Origin: Polaromonas sp. | GTDB taxonomy: Bacteria > Pseudomonadota > Gammaproteobacteria > Burkholderiales > Burkholderiaceae_C | Direction: 5' to 3' | Length of the DNA: 64,000 bases | Assembly (NCBI GenBank): GCA_013823635.1 | Contig: PNML01000005.1 | Coordinates: 1,742 to 65,741, forward strand | Shown here: positions 33,974 through 44,276 of the stretch, piece after piece | Layout: each line of letters opens with the position of its first letter | Position numbering within the stretch: the stretch's first letter is position 1 | Made by a program: the position numbers and the translations under genes | The notes under the pieces: model-generated | The model's database searches: none | The model's input: the letters and a program-made list of their open reading frames with translations, nothing else | Told to the model about the DNA's origin: nothing

Positions 33974-36904
33974 TCAGAGCGTGCGAGCCACTTCCTTGAT
34001 TTCGAAGAACTCGAGTTGATCACCCTCTTTGATGTCGTTGTAGTTCTTGAGTTTGATACCGCACTCAAAACCTTCCTTGACTTCGCGCACATCGTCTTTC
34101 ATGCGCTTGAGGGAATCCAGCTCACCGGTGTAGATGACCGTGTTGTCACGCAGCAAGCGGAAGTGCGCGCCACGGTTGACCGAGCCGGCGGTGATCATGC
34201 AACCCGCCACCGTGCCGATCTTGGACGCCACAAACACCGTGCGGATCTCGGCCATGCCGATGACTTCCTCGCGGCGGTCTGGCGTCAGCATGCCGGACAT
34301 GGCCACCTTGAGTTCGTCCACCGCGTCGTAAATGATGCTGTAGTAGCGCAGGTCGATGCCGTTGCTGTCGGCCAGCTTGCGGGCTCCCGCGTCGGCACGG
34401 GTGTTGAAACCGATCACCACGGCCTTGGAGGCGATGGCCAGGTTCACGTCCGATTCGCTGATGCCACCCACGCCGGCGTACACCAGCTGGACCTTGATTT
34501 CGTCGGTGGACAGCTTGAGCAGCGACGTCGCCAACGCTTCCTGGGAGCCTTGCACATCGGCCTTGATGATGATGGGCAGAGTCTTGACCTCGCCGCCGGA
34601 CATGTCGCTGAACATGTTCTCCAGCTTGGACGCCTGTTGCTTGGCCAACTTGGTGTTGCGGAATTTGCCGGCGCGGTAGGTGGCGATTTCGCGTGCCCGA
34701 CGCTCGTCGGTCATGACCATGAAGTCATCCCCGGCCTGGGGCACTTCCGTCAAACCCTGGATTTCCACCGGAATGGACGGGCCGGCGGTTTTCGCGGGCT
34801 TGCCGTTTTCGTCCAGCATGGCGCGAACGCGACCATAGGTTTGACCCGCCAGCACCACGTCACCGGCCTTCAGGGTGCCGGACTGGACCAGTACGGTGGC
34901 CACGGGGCCACGGCCCTTGTCCAGACGGGCTTCGATGACCAGGCCTTTGGCCATGGCATCGACGGGCGCCTTCAGCTCCAGCACCTCGGCCTGCAGCAGC
35001 ACCTGCTCCAGCAGGTCGTCAATGCCCTGGCCGGTTTTCGCCGACACGGACACGAAGGGCGAATCGCCACCGAATTCTTCGGGCACCACCTCTTCCACCA
35101 CCAGCTCGTTCTTCACACGCTCGGGGTTGGCATCGGGTTTGTCAATCTTGTTGACCGCCACCACGATGGGCACACCGGCCGCTTTGGCGTGTTTGATGGC
35201 TTCTTTGGTTTGGGGCATCACGCCGTCGTCGGCCGCCACCACCAGGATGACGATGTCGGTGGCCTTGGCGCCGCGTGCACGCATGGCCGTGAAGGCCTCG
35301 TGACCGGGGGTGTCCAGGAAGGACACCATGCCGCGCGGCGTTTCCACGTGGTAGGCGCCGATGTGCTGCGTGATGCCGCCGGCTTCACCCGACGCCACTT
35401 TGGCGCGGCGGATGTGGTCCAGCAGCGAGGTTTTGCCGTGGTCAACGTGGCCCATGACCGTGACCACAGGGGCACGGGGCAGGGACTCACCCACCTGGGA
35501 TTGCACCTCTTCGTCGGTGAAGGCTTCCGGATCGTCGAGTGCGGCCACCACCGCTTTGTGACCCAGTTCTTCGACCACGATCATCGCGGTGTCCTGGTCC
35601 AACGGCTGGTTGATGGTGACCATCTGGCCCAGTTTCATCAACTGCTTGATGACCTCTGACGACTTCAGGCTCATTTTGTGCGCCAGTTCCGCCACCGTGA
35701 TGGTTTCGGGCACGTGCACCTCAATCACCTTCACCTCGGCGGAGGCCATGAAGTTGCTGTTGGCGCCGCTGTCGCGGTTGTCGCGGTCACCGCGACGCCC
35801 ACGGGGGCCGCTGCGCCAGTTGCCACCACGCCCGTTGGACGAGGTGTCCCCACGGGTTTTGATTTCTTTCTTCTTGGCCGCGTCGTCTTTCCAGGTGGAA
35901 GACAGGTTGGCCGATTTCACTTCCTTCTTGCCACCGCCCGCTGGCGATGTGCTGGCGGCCGGCCGCGCTGCCCCCGGCGCAGGCGTGCCTGCCGGCTTGT
36001 GGAGCGTGCCTTTGATGCCGGCGGCGGGAGCGGCCACAGGTTCTGGCTTCTTGGCCACCAACACCTTTTTGGGTGCAGACATCATTTCTCGGATGGCGGC
36101 GGCTTCTGCTTCGGCCTTGCGTCGGCGGTCCTGCAGGTCTTTGGCTTTGGCGGCTTCAGCTGCCTTGGCCTCTGCCGCTTTGGCCAACTGGGCTTTGCGG
36201 ATGTCCTCGGCGGAGGGGGCTGCGGGGGGGGTGGGGGCTGCTGCGGGAACCGGTTTGGCAGCTTCGGCCGGTGCAGTGCTGGCTGGTGCCACGGCATCCG
36301 CCTTGTCGGCGGGTTTGGCAGGCGCAGGAGCGTGCCGGGCCGCTGACAGCATGGCCACTTCGGCTTCGGCGGCGGCGCGGGAAGCTTCGCGGCTGCGCTC
36401 ACGGTCGGCTTCGGCGGCCTCTTGTGCCTCCTTGGCCTCCTGGGCTTCGCGGGCCTGACGGGCCTGGTTCAACTCTTCCTCTTGTTGGCGCAGCTGTTCG
36501 GCTTGTCGGCGCGCCTCTTCCTCGCGACGGATCAGCTCAGCGGGATCCACCGCGGGTGCCTCCACCGGTGCCGGCGCAGGCGCCTCGACCACAGGCAGGT
36601 CTTCGTCACGCTGGATGAAGGTGCGTTTCTTGCGCACTTCCACCTGAATGGTGCGTGCGCGGCCAGTGGCGTCCGCCTGCTTGATCTCGGAGGTGGATTT
36701 CTTCACCAGGGTGATCTTCTTGCGCTCGCCGGTGGCCGTGCCATGGCTGGTTTGCAGGAAAGACAGGAGTTTGTGCTTGTCCGCCTCGGAGACCGAATCG
36801 GCCCCGGACGTCTTGGGCACGCCCGCGCTGGCCAGTTGCTCCAGCAGGGTGTGGGGTGTTTTGTGCAGCTCGGCTGCCAGTTCTGCGACGGTGATGCTGG
36901 TCAT
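33974..36904 (-). CDS. infB: translation initiation factor IF-2
   Basis: G-domain motif [16 protein letters not shown], a long Ala/Glu/Lys-rich N-terminal region, 976 aa. Confidence 0.95.
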   Translation of the reverse strand: MTSITVAELAAELHKTPHTLLEQLASAGVPKTSGADSVSEADKHKLLSFLQTSHGTATGERKKITLVKKSTSEIKQADATGRARTIQVEVRKKRTFIQRDEDLPVVEAPAPAPVEAPAVDPAELIRREEEARRQAEQLRQQEEELNQARQAREAQEAKEAQEAAEADRERSREASRAAAEAEVAMLSAARHAPAPAKPADKADAVAPASTAPAEAAKPVPAAAPTPPAAPSAEDIRKAQLAKAAEAKAAEAAKAKDLQDRRRKAEAEAAAIREMMSAPKKVLVAKKPEPVAAPAAGIKGTLHKPAGTPAPGAARPAASTSPAGGGKKEVKSANLSSTWKDDAAKKKEIKTRGDTSSNGRGGNWRSGPRGRRGDRDNRDSGANSNFMASAEVKVIEVHVPETITVAELAHKMSLKSSEVIKQLMKLGQMVTINQPLDQDTAMIVVEELGHKAVVAALDDPEAFTDEEVQSQVGESLPRAPVVTVMGHVDHGKTSLLDHIRRAKVASGEAGGITQHIGAYHVETPRGMVSFLDTPGHEAFTAMRARGAKATDIVILVVAADDGVMPQTKEAIKHAKAAGVPIVVAVNKIDKPDANPERVKNELVVEEVVPEEFGGDSPFVSVSAKTGQGIDDLLEQVLLQAEVLELKAPVDAMAKGLVIEARLDKGRGPVATVLVQSGTLKAGDVVLAGQTYGRVRAMLDENGKPAKTAGPSIPVEIQGLTEVPQAGDDFMVMTDERRAREIATYRAGKFRNTKLAKQQASKLENMFSDMSGGEVKTLPIIIKADVQGSQEALATSLLKLSTDEIKVQLVYAGVGGISESDVNLAIASKAVVIGFNTRADAGARKLADSNGIDLRYYSIIYDAVDELKVAMSGMLTPDRREEVIGMAEIRTVFVASKIGTVAGCMITAGSVNRGAHFRLLRDNTVIYTGELDSLKRMKDDVREVKEGFECGIKLKNYNDIKEGDQLEFFEIKEVARTL

Positions 36905-36931
36905 GGGTGGTGTACTCCGTTGCCTCCGTGA

Positions 36932-38431
36932 TCAAGTGTTGGGCTGAGTGTCTTCACTGGTGAACCAGTGCGCACGGGCCAACATGATCAGGGCAGTCGC
37001 TTCTTCGGGTGATTGGCCCGTGATGTCTGACAATTCGTCGGTGGCCAGGTCGGCCAGGTCGTCACGGCTGTGAATACCCGCTTCGGCCAGCTTGGCAATG
37101 AGTTCGGTGGAAAGGCCTTCCAAGGCCCGCAGGTCCTGAGACACCTCTTCCACGCTTTCCTCGCGCGCCAGCTCCAAGGTCAGCAGTGCGTCCTTGGCAC
37201 GGCTGCGCAGTTCGTTGACGGTTTCTTCGTCGAAGGCCTCGATGTCCAGCATCTCCTGCAGCGGCACATAGGCCACCTCTTCCAGGCTGGTGAAACCTTC
37301 TTCGATGAGGATGTCGGCCATTTCCTGGTCCACATCGAGTTTGGACATGAACAGCTTGCGCACGGTGTCCGACTCTTCAGCCTGCTTCTGCGCGGACTCG
37401 TCGGCGGTCATGATGTTGATGCGCCATCCGGTCAACTCAGAGGCCAGACGGACGTTTTGGCCACCGCGGCCAATGGCAATGGCCAGGTTCTCCTCATCCA
37501 CCACCACATCCATGGCATGGCGTTCCTCGTCCACCACAATGGACTGGACGTTGGCGGGCGCCAGGGCGCCGATCACGAACTGGGCGGGATCTTCGCTCCA
37601 CAGCACGATGTCCACGCGCTCGCCGGCCAACTCGTTGGTCACGCCTGTCACACGGGAGCCTCGCACGCCCACGCAGGTACCGATGGGGTCCACACGCTTG
37701 TCGTGGGACAGCACCGCAATTTTGGCGCGTGAGCCCGCGTCGCGAGCGCAGGATTTGATTTCCAGCAAACCCTGCTCGATCTCGGGCACTTCCTGGCGAA
37801 ACAACTCCACCATGAAGGACGGCGACGAGCGTGACAGCAAAATGGGCGCACCACGCAGGGTGAGGTCGACCTCGGTGATGATGGCGCGCACACGGTCACC
37901 CGTGCGGAAGTTTTCCTTCGGGATCATCTCGGTGCGCTTCAGGCGCCCCTCGACCCGACCGCTTTCCACAATCAGGTCGCCTTTGTCCATGCGCTTGACG
38001 GTGCCCACAAAAATTTTCTCGCCGCGCGACATGAAGTCGTTCAGCAGCATCTCGCGCTCAGCGTCGCGGATTTTTTGCAGGATGACCTGCTTGGCCGCCA
38101 TGGCGCCGATGCGACCGATGGGCATGCTCTCGATGGGCTTCTCGATGTAGTCGCCCACCTCGATGTCTGCAATGTCGTCCTGGGCATCGGACAACATTTC
38201 CTCTGCCTCGGGGTTTTGCAAGCCGGCTTCATCGGGCACCACCAGCCAGCGGCGGAAGGTTTCGTAGTTGCCGCTGTCGCGGTCGATCACCACGCGAATG
38301 TCCACTTCGCCCTGGTACAACTTTTTGGTGGCGGAGGCCAGGGCCAGTTCAACTGCCCCGAACACGACGTCCCGCTCCACGTTTTTCTCACGAGAGATAG
38401 CGTCGACCAACATCAGGAGTTCGCGATTCAT
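36932..38431 (-). CDS. nusA: transcription termination/antitermination factor NusA
   Basis: [18 protein letters not shown] at the N-terminus, with S1, two KH domains and C-terminal acidic repeats. 499 aa. Confidence 0.95.
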   Translation of the reverse strand: MNRELLMLVDAISREKNVERDVVFGAVELALASATKKLYQGEVDIRVVIDRDSGNYETFRRWLVVPDEAGLQNPEAEEMLSDAQDDIADIEVGDYIEKPIESMPIGRIGAMAAKQVILQKIRDAEREMLLNDFMSRGEKIFVGTVKRMDKGDLIVESGRVEGRLKRTEMIPKENFRTGDRVRAIITEVDLTLRGAPILLSRSSPSFMVELFRQEVPEIEQGLLEIKSCARDAGSRAKIAVLSHDKRVDPIGTCVGVRGSRVTGVTNELAGERVDIVLWSEDPAQFVIGALAPANVQSIVVDEERHAMDVVVDEENLAIAIGRGGQNVRLASELTGWRINIMTADESAQKQAEESDTVRKLFMSKLDVDQEMADILIEEGFTSLEEVAYVPLQEMLDIEAFDEETVNELRSRAKDALLTLELAREESVEEVSQDLRALEGLSTELIAKLAEAGIHSRDDLADLATDELSDITGQSPEEATALIMLARAHWFTSEDTQPNT

Positions 38432-38479
38432 TTCACTGGCCTGCCTTTCTTTTTTCTGCCGTCAAATTCATAAAAAACA

Positions 38480-39094
38480 TCATTCGGTTGCGCCAGGCGC
38501 CTCAGTGGCACCGACGCTGTCTTGTTCTGTGGGTGCCAGGGCCTTGCGCCCTTTGCCTTTGAAGTCCACGATGGGCGCGAGGCGCGCGTCGCGTATTTCA
38601 TCCAGCGTGAACTGCATCGCCTGCAGCGGCACGGGCGGGCGCTTTTTGCTGACGCGGGCGCCGGGCTTCACGGGGGGTGCATCCGACCAGACAATTTGCC
38701 AATGCCCTGGCTGGGTGCCCGCTTCCAGCGTGCCACGAAATTTCTTGCGGTTGACCGCGATGTCCGTCCCCGTGACGCCAATGGCCTCTTTCAGGGTCAG
38801 GTCCACTTCGGCCCCCACAAAGCGGGCGAAGTCGGCCTCGTGGCGCAAGGGGCGGTCAATGCCTGGCGAGCCAACTTCCAACCGCTTGTAATCCACCTGC
38901 TCCACCTCCAGCAGGAATTGCAGCTGCCGAGTGACGGTTTCGCAGTCTTCCACCGTGACAAACTGTTCGGGTTGTCCCGCCACAAAGGGCATGTCGATGG
39001 TGATGCGCAGCAAACCGGCAGCCGAGCGCTCGATTTCAACGAGGTCGTACCCCAAACCGGTCACGGTTTGCTCGACAGATGTTTGCCACGTCAT
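38480..39094 (-). CDS. rimP: ribosome maturation factor RimP
   Basis: TGLGYDLVEIERSAAGLLRITID. First gene of the nusA operon. I took the start as ATG 39094; the track ORF opens at TTG 39130. Confidence 0.8.
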   Translation of the reverse strand: MTWQTSVEQTVTGLGYDLVEIERSAAGLLRITIDMPFVAGQPEQFVTVEDCETVTRQLQFLLEVEQVDYKRLEVGSPGIDRPLRHEADFARFVGAEVDLTLKEAIGVTGTDIAVNRKKFRGTLEAGTQPGHWQIVWSDAPPVKPGARVSKKRPPVPLQAMQFTLDEIRDARLAPIVDFKGKGRKALAPTEQDSVGATEAPGATE

Positions 39095-39134
39095 GGGTGC
39101 TGCGTTGTGGGTGTGAGGTGAGTGGTTCAATGTT

Positions 39135-39178
39135 CAAAAAATCACGCCCAAAAAAAATGGGCGGTGATTACCCGCCCA
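39135..39178 (-). terminator. two overlapping, mutually exclusive terminator hairpins in the rimP-nusA-infB leader
   Basis: The minus strand reads GGGCGG-gtaatca-CCGCCC + T8. The alternative is AATCACCGCCCA-T7-TGGGCGTGATT + T4. The two hairpins share the CCGCCCA arm. Confidence 0.6.
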
Positions 39179-39196
39179 TTTGGTCGTGAAGCTCGC

Positions 39197-39225
39197 ATTC
39201 TAACCGGACAAAACGCCCCCAGCAA
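39197..39225 (-). promoter_or_regulatory. putative sigma70 promoter of the rimP operon
   Basis: The minus strand reads TTGCTG-N17-TAGAAT. The predicted transcript start lies about 15 nt before the leader hairpins. Confidence 0.35.
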
Positions 39226-39335
39226 GCCCGACCTTGGTGCCAACACCCTTTCCGTGGGTCTTGGTGCCGATGTCTGGCCCGAAGGCAGGCAGATGGGGGG
39301 GTGCGGCACCTACGACCGCATCGGCAGAGCACCGA

Positions 39336-39557
39336 TTACATGCCCAATGCCCACTGAATGATGGATTTGGCGATGAAGCCCAACATGCCAAACGACAGCA
39401 CCAAAAACAAAATGAAGGTGCCGAATTTGCCAGCCTTGGATTCGCGTGCCAGGTTCAACACGATGAACAGCATGTACAAAATGAAGGCGGTGACGCCAAC
39501 GCTGAGTCCGAACTGTGCGACTTGTCCTTCGGTGTAACCGAACAGTGTGTTTTCCAT
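39336..39557 (-). CDS. small two-TM membrane protein (DUF2788-like)
   Basis: 73-aa hydrophobic ORF (GKFGTFILFLVLSFGMLGFIAKSIIQ). The family assignment is from memory of similar small proteins. Confidence 0.5.
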   Translation of the reverse strand: MENTLFGYTEGQVAQFGLSVGVTAFILYMLFIVLNLARESKAGKFGTFILFLVLSFGMLGFIAKSIIQWALGM

Positions 39558-39613
39558 GGTTTGCGATGCGTGGTGCGCTCAGGCACGGTGGGCAGGGTTT
39601 GCCCGAGTATCGC

Positions 39614-40375
39614 TCATGGCGCGTCTGTCAGTTCCCGGTAAGCGTGCCAGCTGGCGTGGGCCAGCACGGGAATGGTGACCACCAGACCCAGCAATGCAGT
39701 GGCCATGCCCAGGCCGGCCAGCAGCATGATCACCAGTGCCCAGATGCCCAGGGGGATGGGGTTGGTGGCCACAGCCCGCCAGCTGGCATGAACCGCCTGC
39801 AGCACCGTGACCTTGGTGTCCACCAGCATGGGGATGGCCACCACACTGGATGCAAACACCGGCGCGGCCAGCAAACCACCCAGCAGCACCCACAACTCAA
39901 ACAACCAGGAGGAAGGAGACAGCACCACGTGGTGCAAAAAATCGGTTGGGTTGTGCACGGGCGCGGTGGACAGCACCGTGATGAGCCCCGCCGACGTCAC
40001 GACCCAGCCCGTGCCCGCCAGGCTGAGCAGCAGACCGAAGCGCACCAGTCGGCCATCGCCGGACTTCCACAGGGCCAACACCTCGCCCATGCCCACACAG
40101 TGGCCAGTGTTGCAGCTCTTGCTGACCTGGTAGAGGCCAGTGGTGAGGATGGGGGCCACGATCAAAAAACCGGAAAAAGCCCCCGCCAGCAACCAAAAAT
40201 GGTTGCCTGCGGCCAGCAGCAGCACCCACCCAAACAGGGCGAGCAGCACCCCGTGGACCAGACCCGGCACCGGGTTGCGGCGGAAGTCCGCCCAACCCAG
40301 ACGCAGCCAGCGCAGGGGAGCGCCAAGGTCAACGGTGGCAGGGGCATTCAGTGGGGTCGAAATGTGCAAATTCAT
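39614..40375 (-). CDS. polytopic membrane protein (DUF2189-like)
   Basis: ATG 40375 gives MNLHISTPLNAPATVDLGAPLRWLRLGWADFRRNP, followed by several TM segments. Confidence 0.55.
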   Translation of the reverse strand: MNLHISTPLNAPATVDLGAPLRWLRLGWADFRRNPVPGLVHGVLLALFGWVLLLAAGNHFWLLAGAFSGFLIVAPILTTGLYQVSKSCNTGHCVGMGEVLALWKSGDGRLVRFGLLLSLAGTGWVVTSAGLITVLSTAPVHNPTDFLHHVVLSPSSWLFELWVLLGGLLAAPVFASSVVAIPMLVDTKVTVLQAVHASWRAVATNPIPLGIWALVIMLLAGLGMATALLGLVVTIPVLAHASWHAYRELTDAP

Positions 40376-40449
40376 GGCGAAAACAGTGTAACGGGCATCT
40401 CTCGCCAGCGTGCAGCGGGTAAACACGAGGACGTTGCGGTTGGGGTTGT

Positions 40450-42063
40450 TCAGCCGGAGGACGCCGCCACCAACGCCTGTGTGTAAGGGTTTTCGGGCTT
40501 GTCCAGCACCGCCTGCCAAGGACCGGCTTCCACCACCCGCCCCGCTTGCAACACCATCACATGGTGGGCCATGGCGCGGATGACGCCCATGTCGTGGGTG
40601 ATGAGCAGGTAGCTCAAGCCGCGCTCCCGTTGCAGGCGCTGCAGCAGTTGCAGCACCTGCTTTTGCACCGTCACGTCCAGCGCGCTGGTGGGTTCGTCCA
40701 GCACCAGCACATCCGGCTGCACCACCAGGGCCCTGGCAATGGCCAGTCGCTGGCGCTGCCCACCGGAAAACTCGTGGGGGTAGCGCGACAGCCATTGGCG
40801 CGTGAGGCCGTCGGCGGGTGTCGCGTCGGCCGTCAACAACCCCACTTCCTTCAATGCCTCGACGACCTGGGCCTGGCGCGCCTCTGCGCCGAGGTGCGGT
40901 GCGTGGACCAGCAGACCTTCAGACACGATCTGCTCCACCGTCATCCGGGGGGAGAGTGACGAAAACGGGTCTTGAAACACCACTTGTACCTGTCGGCGCT
41001 GCGCACGTTTGGCGGCGATTGGCTTGGCCCAGGGCTGGCCACCCACGCGAAGGTCGCCCTCGAACGGCAACAGGTCCAGCGCGGCCAGCGCCAGGGTGGA
41101 TTTGCCGGAGCCCGATTCGCCCACCACCCCCAGGGTGCACCCGCGGGGCAACACAAAGTCGGCACCATGCAGCGCCACCGCCGCGCCCCGGCGAAACCAG
41201 CCGCGCCAGCCCGGCAAGGGCACGGGGTAGGCAACACGCACGGCCTGACCGGCCAGGGGCGGCTCACCCGTGGCGGGCGTTTGCGCCACCGCCAAGGGAT
41301 CCCGCTCGGGTCGGCTGTCCAGCAACTGCCGGGTGTAGGGGTGCTGGGGATGGGCAAACACGTCGGCCACCCTGCCCTGCTCCACCACGACGCCGCGTTC
41401 CATCACGGCCACGCGGTCGGCGAAGCGTTTGACCATTTGCAGGTCGTGGGTGATGAGCAGCACCGCCATGCCGTGTTGGCGTTGCAGCTCAGCCACCAAG
41501 CCCAAAATCTGGCCGCGCAGCGAGACGTCGAGCGCGGTGGTGGGCTCGTCGGCCAGCAGCAACTTGGGCCGGCTGGCCAGCGCCATGGCAATGACGACGC
41601 GCTGGCGCTGCCCACCACTGAGCTGGTGCGGGTAGGACCTGGCTTTTTGCGCGGGGTCGGGTAGGCCCACTGAGTTCAATAAATCAATAGCATGAACAAT
41701 AGATTCATCATGCGTTAGAAGTCTTTTTTGATTAAAAACCTCGGCCACTTGGTCGCCCACGGTCATCAGGGGGTTCAGAGCCGTCATGGGCTCTTGGAAG
41801 ACCATGGCCACCTCGCCCCCGCGCACCTGACGCAGTTCGGGCTCGGTCATGCCGAGGAGGTCGCGGCCCTCCAGCAACGCCTTGCCGCTGGTGCGCGCCT
41901 GGGGCACCAGCCCCAGCAAGCTGAGCGCGGTGATGGTTTTGCCCGAGCCTGACTCCCCCACCAGGGCCAGCTTTTCACCCGGGTGCATCTGGAGGCTCAC
42001 CCCTTTGACCACCTCGTGTCCGCCAAAGGACACCCGCAAATCCTGTAGGTCCAGCAGGCTCAT
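40450..42063 (-). CDS. yejF: ABC transporter ATPase with two fused cassettes (YejF-type peptide/microcin C importer)
   Basis: Two Walker A motifs (GESGSGKT, GESGSGKS) and two signature motifs (LSGGQRQR, FSGGQRQR) are present. The ATG overlaps the yejE stop. Confidence 0.85.
   Translation of the reverse strand: MSLLDLQDLRVSFGGHEVVKGVSLQMHPGEKLALVGESGSGKTITALSLLGLVPQARTSGKALLEGRDLLGMTEPELRQVRGGEVAMVFQEPMTALNPLMTVGDQVAEVFNQKRLLTHDESIVHAIDLLNSVGLPDPAQKARSYPHQLSGGQRQRVVIAMALASRPKLLLADEPTTALDVSLRGQILGLVAELQRQHGMAVLLITHDLQMVKRFADRVAVMERGVVVEQGRVADVFAHPQHPYTRQLLDSRPERDPLAVAQTPATGEPPLAGQAVRVAYPVPLPGWRGWFRRGAAVALHGADFVLPRGCTLGVVGESGSGKSTLALAALDLLPFEGDLRVGGQPWAKPIAAKRAQRRQVQVVFQDPFSSLSPRMTVEQIVSEGLLVHAPHLGAEARQAQVVEALKEVGLLTADATPADGLTRQWLSRYPHEFSGGQRQRLAIARALVVQPDVLVLDEPTSALDVTVQKQVLQLLQRLQRERGLSYLLITHDMGVIRAMAHHVMVLQAGRVVEAGPWQAVLDKPENPYTQALVAASSG
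41687..41737 (+). repeat. AT-rich 51-nt dispersed repeat, most diverged candidate copy inside the yejF CDS (antisense)
   Basis: ATAGCATGA acaatagattcatc ATGCGTTA gaagtct TTTTTGATTAAAA. It matches copy A at 27/51 positions. The block spacing and GC anchors are conserved. Confidence 0.4.
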
Positions 42064-43184
42064 GGCTGCTCCTGTGCCTGATCGGCTTTGCGGGGGTCGA
42101 GCGCGTCGCGCAGCGCATCACCCATGAAGGTGAGCAGCATCAGCGTGAGCACCAGCACCCCGAAGGTGGACAGTGAGATCCACCACGCATCGATGCTGTT
42201 TTTGCCTTGGGACAACAGTTCGCCCAGCGAAGGGGTGCCGGGTGGCACACCCAGGCCCAGAAAGTCCAGGCTGGTGAGGGCCAGAATGGCCGCGCTCATG
42301 CGAAACGGAAGGAAAGTGACCACCGGGGTGAGGCTGTTGGGCAGTATGTGGCGGGTGATGATGTGCCAGTGCCCCACACCCATGGCCCGTGCGGCCCGCA
42401 CGTAGTCGAGCTGGCGGTTGCGCAGGAACTCGGCGCGCACGTAGTCGGACAGGCCCATCCAGCCAAACAGGCTGAGCAGCACCAACAACAGGCCCACGCT
42501 GGGCGCAAACACCGCCGAAAAAATGATGAGCAGGTACAGCTCGGGCATGGAACCCCAGATTTCAATGAAGCGCTGAAAGGCCAGATCGGTCTTGCCGCCA
42601 AAGTAGCCCTGAATGGCACCTGTGAGCACCCCCAGCAGCACACCCGTCACGGTGAGGGCCAGCGCGAACAGCACACTCACCCGAAAGCCATAAATGAGCT
42701 GGGCCAGCAGGTCGCGGCCCCTGTCGTCGGTGCCCAGCCAGTTGTCGGCGCTGGGCGCCGAGGGGTTGGGGTGCAGGGCAAAGTAGTTCAGGGTTTTGGG
42801 ACCATAGGGGTTGGGCGGGTAGATGGCCCAGTTGCCGCCGCTGGTGATGCGTTCGCGGATGAACGGGTCCAGGTAGTCGGTGGGTGTGGGAAAGTCACCG
42901 CCGAAGGTGGTTTCTGCGTAGTCGTGCAGCACCGGCACATACCACTGGCCCTGGTAGCGCACCACCAGTGGCCGGTCGTTGGAAATGACCTCGGCCATCA
43001 GGCTCAGCGCCACCATCAACCCAAACACCCACAGGCTGAAATATCCCATCCGGTTGCGCCGAAACCGCCACCACGCCCTGCGGCTGGGGGACACGGACGG
43101 TTGCCACGCGCCGGCAGACAGCGCAGGCGGCGGCGAGGCGGTGGCAGCGGATGGATCTGGGTGGGACGGAAGGGACGGGGTCAT
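42060..43184 (-). CDS. yejE: ABC transporter permease YejE-type
   Basis: BPD-transport permease with an N-terminal extension. The start is ATG 43184 (the ORF is open to 43241). The stop overlaps the yejF start. Confidence 0.8.
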   Translation of the reverse strand: MTPSLPSHPDPSAATASPPPALSAGAWQPSVSPSRRAWWRFRRNRMGYFSLWVFGLMVALSLMAEVISNDRPLVVRYQGQWYVPVLHDYAETTFGGDFPTPTDYLDPFIRERITSGGNWAIYPPNPYGPKTLNYFALHPNPSAPSADNWLGTDDRGRDLLAQLIYGFRVSVLFALALTVTGVLLGVLTGAIQGYFGGKTDLAFQRFIEIWGSMPELYLLIIFSAVFAPSVGLLLVLLSLFGWMGLSDYVRAEFLRNRQLDYVRAARAMGVGHWHIITRHILPNSLTPVVTFLPFRMSAAILALTSLDFLGLGVPPGTPSLGELLSQGKNSIDAWWISLSTFGVLVLTLMLLTFMGDALRDALDPRKADQAQEQP

Positions 43185-43201
43185 GGGCAGGGGCAAGGGC
43201 G

Positions 43202-44239
43202 TCAATCGAACTTCACACGCGGGTCCACCCACACGTAGCACAGGTCACTGATGAGTTTGGTGAACAACCCCAGCAGCGTGAACAGGTAGAGCGTGCCCAG
43301 CACCACGGGGTAGTCGCGGCGGATCACGCTCTCAAAACTCAGCAAACCCAGGCCGTCCAGCGAAAACAGGGTTTCAATGAGCAGCGAGCCGGTGAAGAAT
43401 GCCCCGATGAACGCCGCCGGAAAGCCCGTCACAATGGGCAGCAGCGCGTTGCGAAACACATGGCCATACAGCACCTGCTGCTCGCTCAGGCCCTTGGCGC
43501 GGGCCGTGAGCACGTATTGCTTGCGGATTTCTTCGAGGAACGCGTTTTTGGTGAGCATGGTGGTCACGGCAAAACTGCCCAGCACCATGGCCGTGACGGG
43601 CATGGCGATGTGCCACAGGTAGTCCACCACGCGGGCGCCCCAGCCCAGCTCGTCCCAGTTGGCCGACGTGAGCCCGCGCAGGGGAAACCACTGCAACTGC
43701 CCCCCGAACACCACCAGCAGCGCCACCCCCAACACAAACCCGGGTATGGCGTAACCGGCCAGCACCAGCAGGGTGGTCACCAGGTCAAACCGGGTGCCGG
43801 CCCGCACCGCCTTGGCCACACCCAGCGGCACTGCCACGCCATAGCTGATGAAAAATGTCCACAACCCCAGGCTGACGGACACGGGGAGCTTCTCGACCAC
43901 CAGGTCCCACACGTCCTTGTTCTGGAAGAAGCTGCGCCCCAGGTCGAAGCGGGCAAACTGGCCCAGCATCTGCACAAAGCGCTCGTGCGCAGGTTTGTCA
44001 AACCCGTACAGCGCCTTGATCTGCTCCAGCCGTTTGGGGTCCACGCCCTGCCCGCCCCGGTAGCTCAGCCCGCCGCCCTCGGCGCCACCGCCACCGGCCA
44101 CGCTGCCGGCCTTGGCCTCGGCCAGGTACTGCTCCACCGGCCCGCCAGGGACAAACTGGATGACGACGAAGGTCAGCAACAGCACGCCCAGCAGCGTGGG
44201 CACCATCAGCAACAGGCGTTTGAGTATGTAGGACAGCAT
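43202..44239 (-). CDS. yejB: ABC transporter permease YejB-type
   Basis: ATG 44239 gives MLSYILKRLLLMVPTLLGVLLLTFVVIQFVPGGP, a typical DppB/YejB N-terminus. Confidence 0.85.
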   Translation of the reverse strand: MLSYILKRLLLMVPTLLGVLLLTFVVIQFVPGGPVEQYLAEAKAGSVAGGGGAEGGGLSYRGGQGVDPKRLEQIKALYGFDKPAHERFVQMLGQFARFDLGRSFFQNKDVWDLVVEKLPVSVSLGLWTFFISYGVAVPLGVAKAVRAGTRFDLVTTLLVLAGYAIPGFVLGVALLVVFGGQLQWFPLRGLTSANWDELGWGARVVDYLWHIAMPVTAMVLGSFAVTTMLTKNAFLEEIRKQYVLTARAKGLSEQQVLYGHVFRNALLPIVTGFPAAFIGAFFTGSLLIETLFSLDGLGLLSFESVIRRDYPVVLGTLYLFTLLGLFTKLISDLCYVWVDPRVKFD

Positions 44240-44276
44240 GGGTTCAGGGGCGGCGGTGCGGAGCGGCGGATGGCGG

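Noticed and set aside
36050-36560. Repetitive Ala/Glu/Lys-coding DNA in infB as a tandem repeat element
   Set aside because: This is the usual low-complexity N-terminal region of IF-2. It is GC-rich and unrelated to the AT-rich repeat family.
39095-39335. metY-like initiator tRNA upstream of rimP, as in E. coli
   Set aside because: No cloverleaf can be drawn, and there is no T-loop GGTTCGAAT-type sequence. Only a promoter-like element and the leader hairpins are present.
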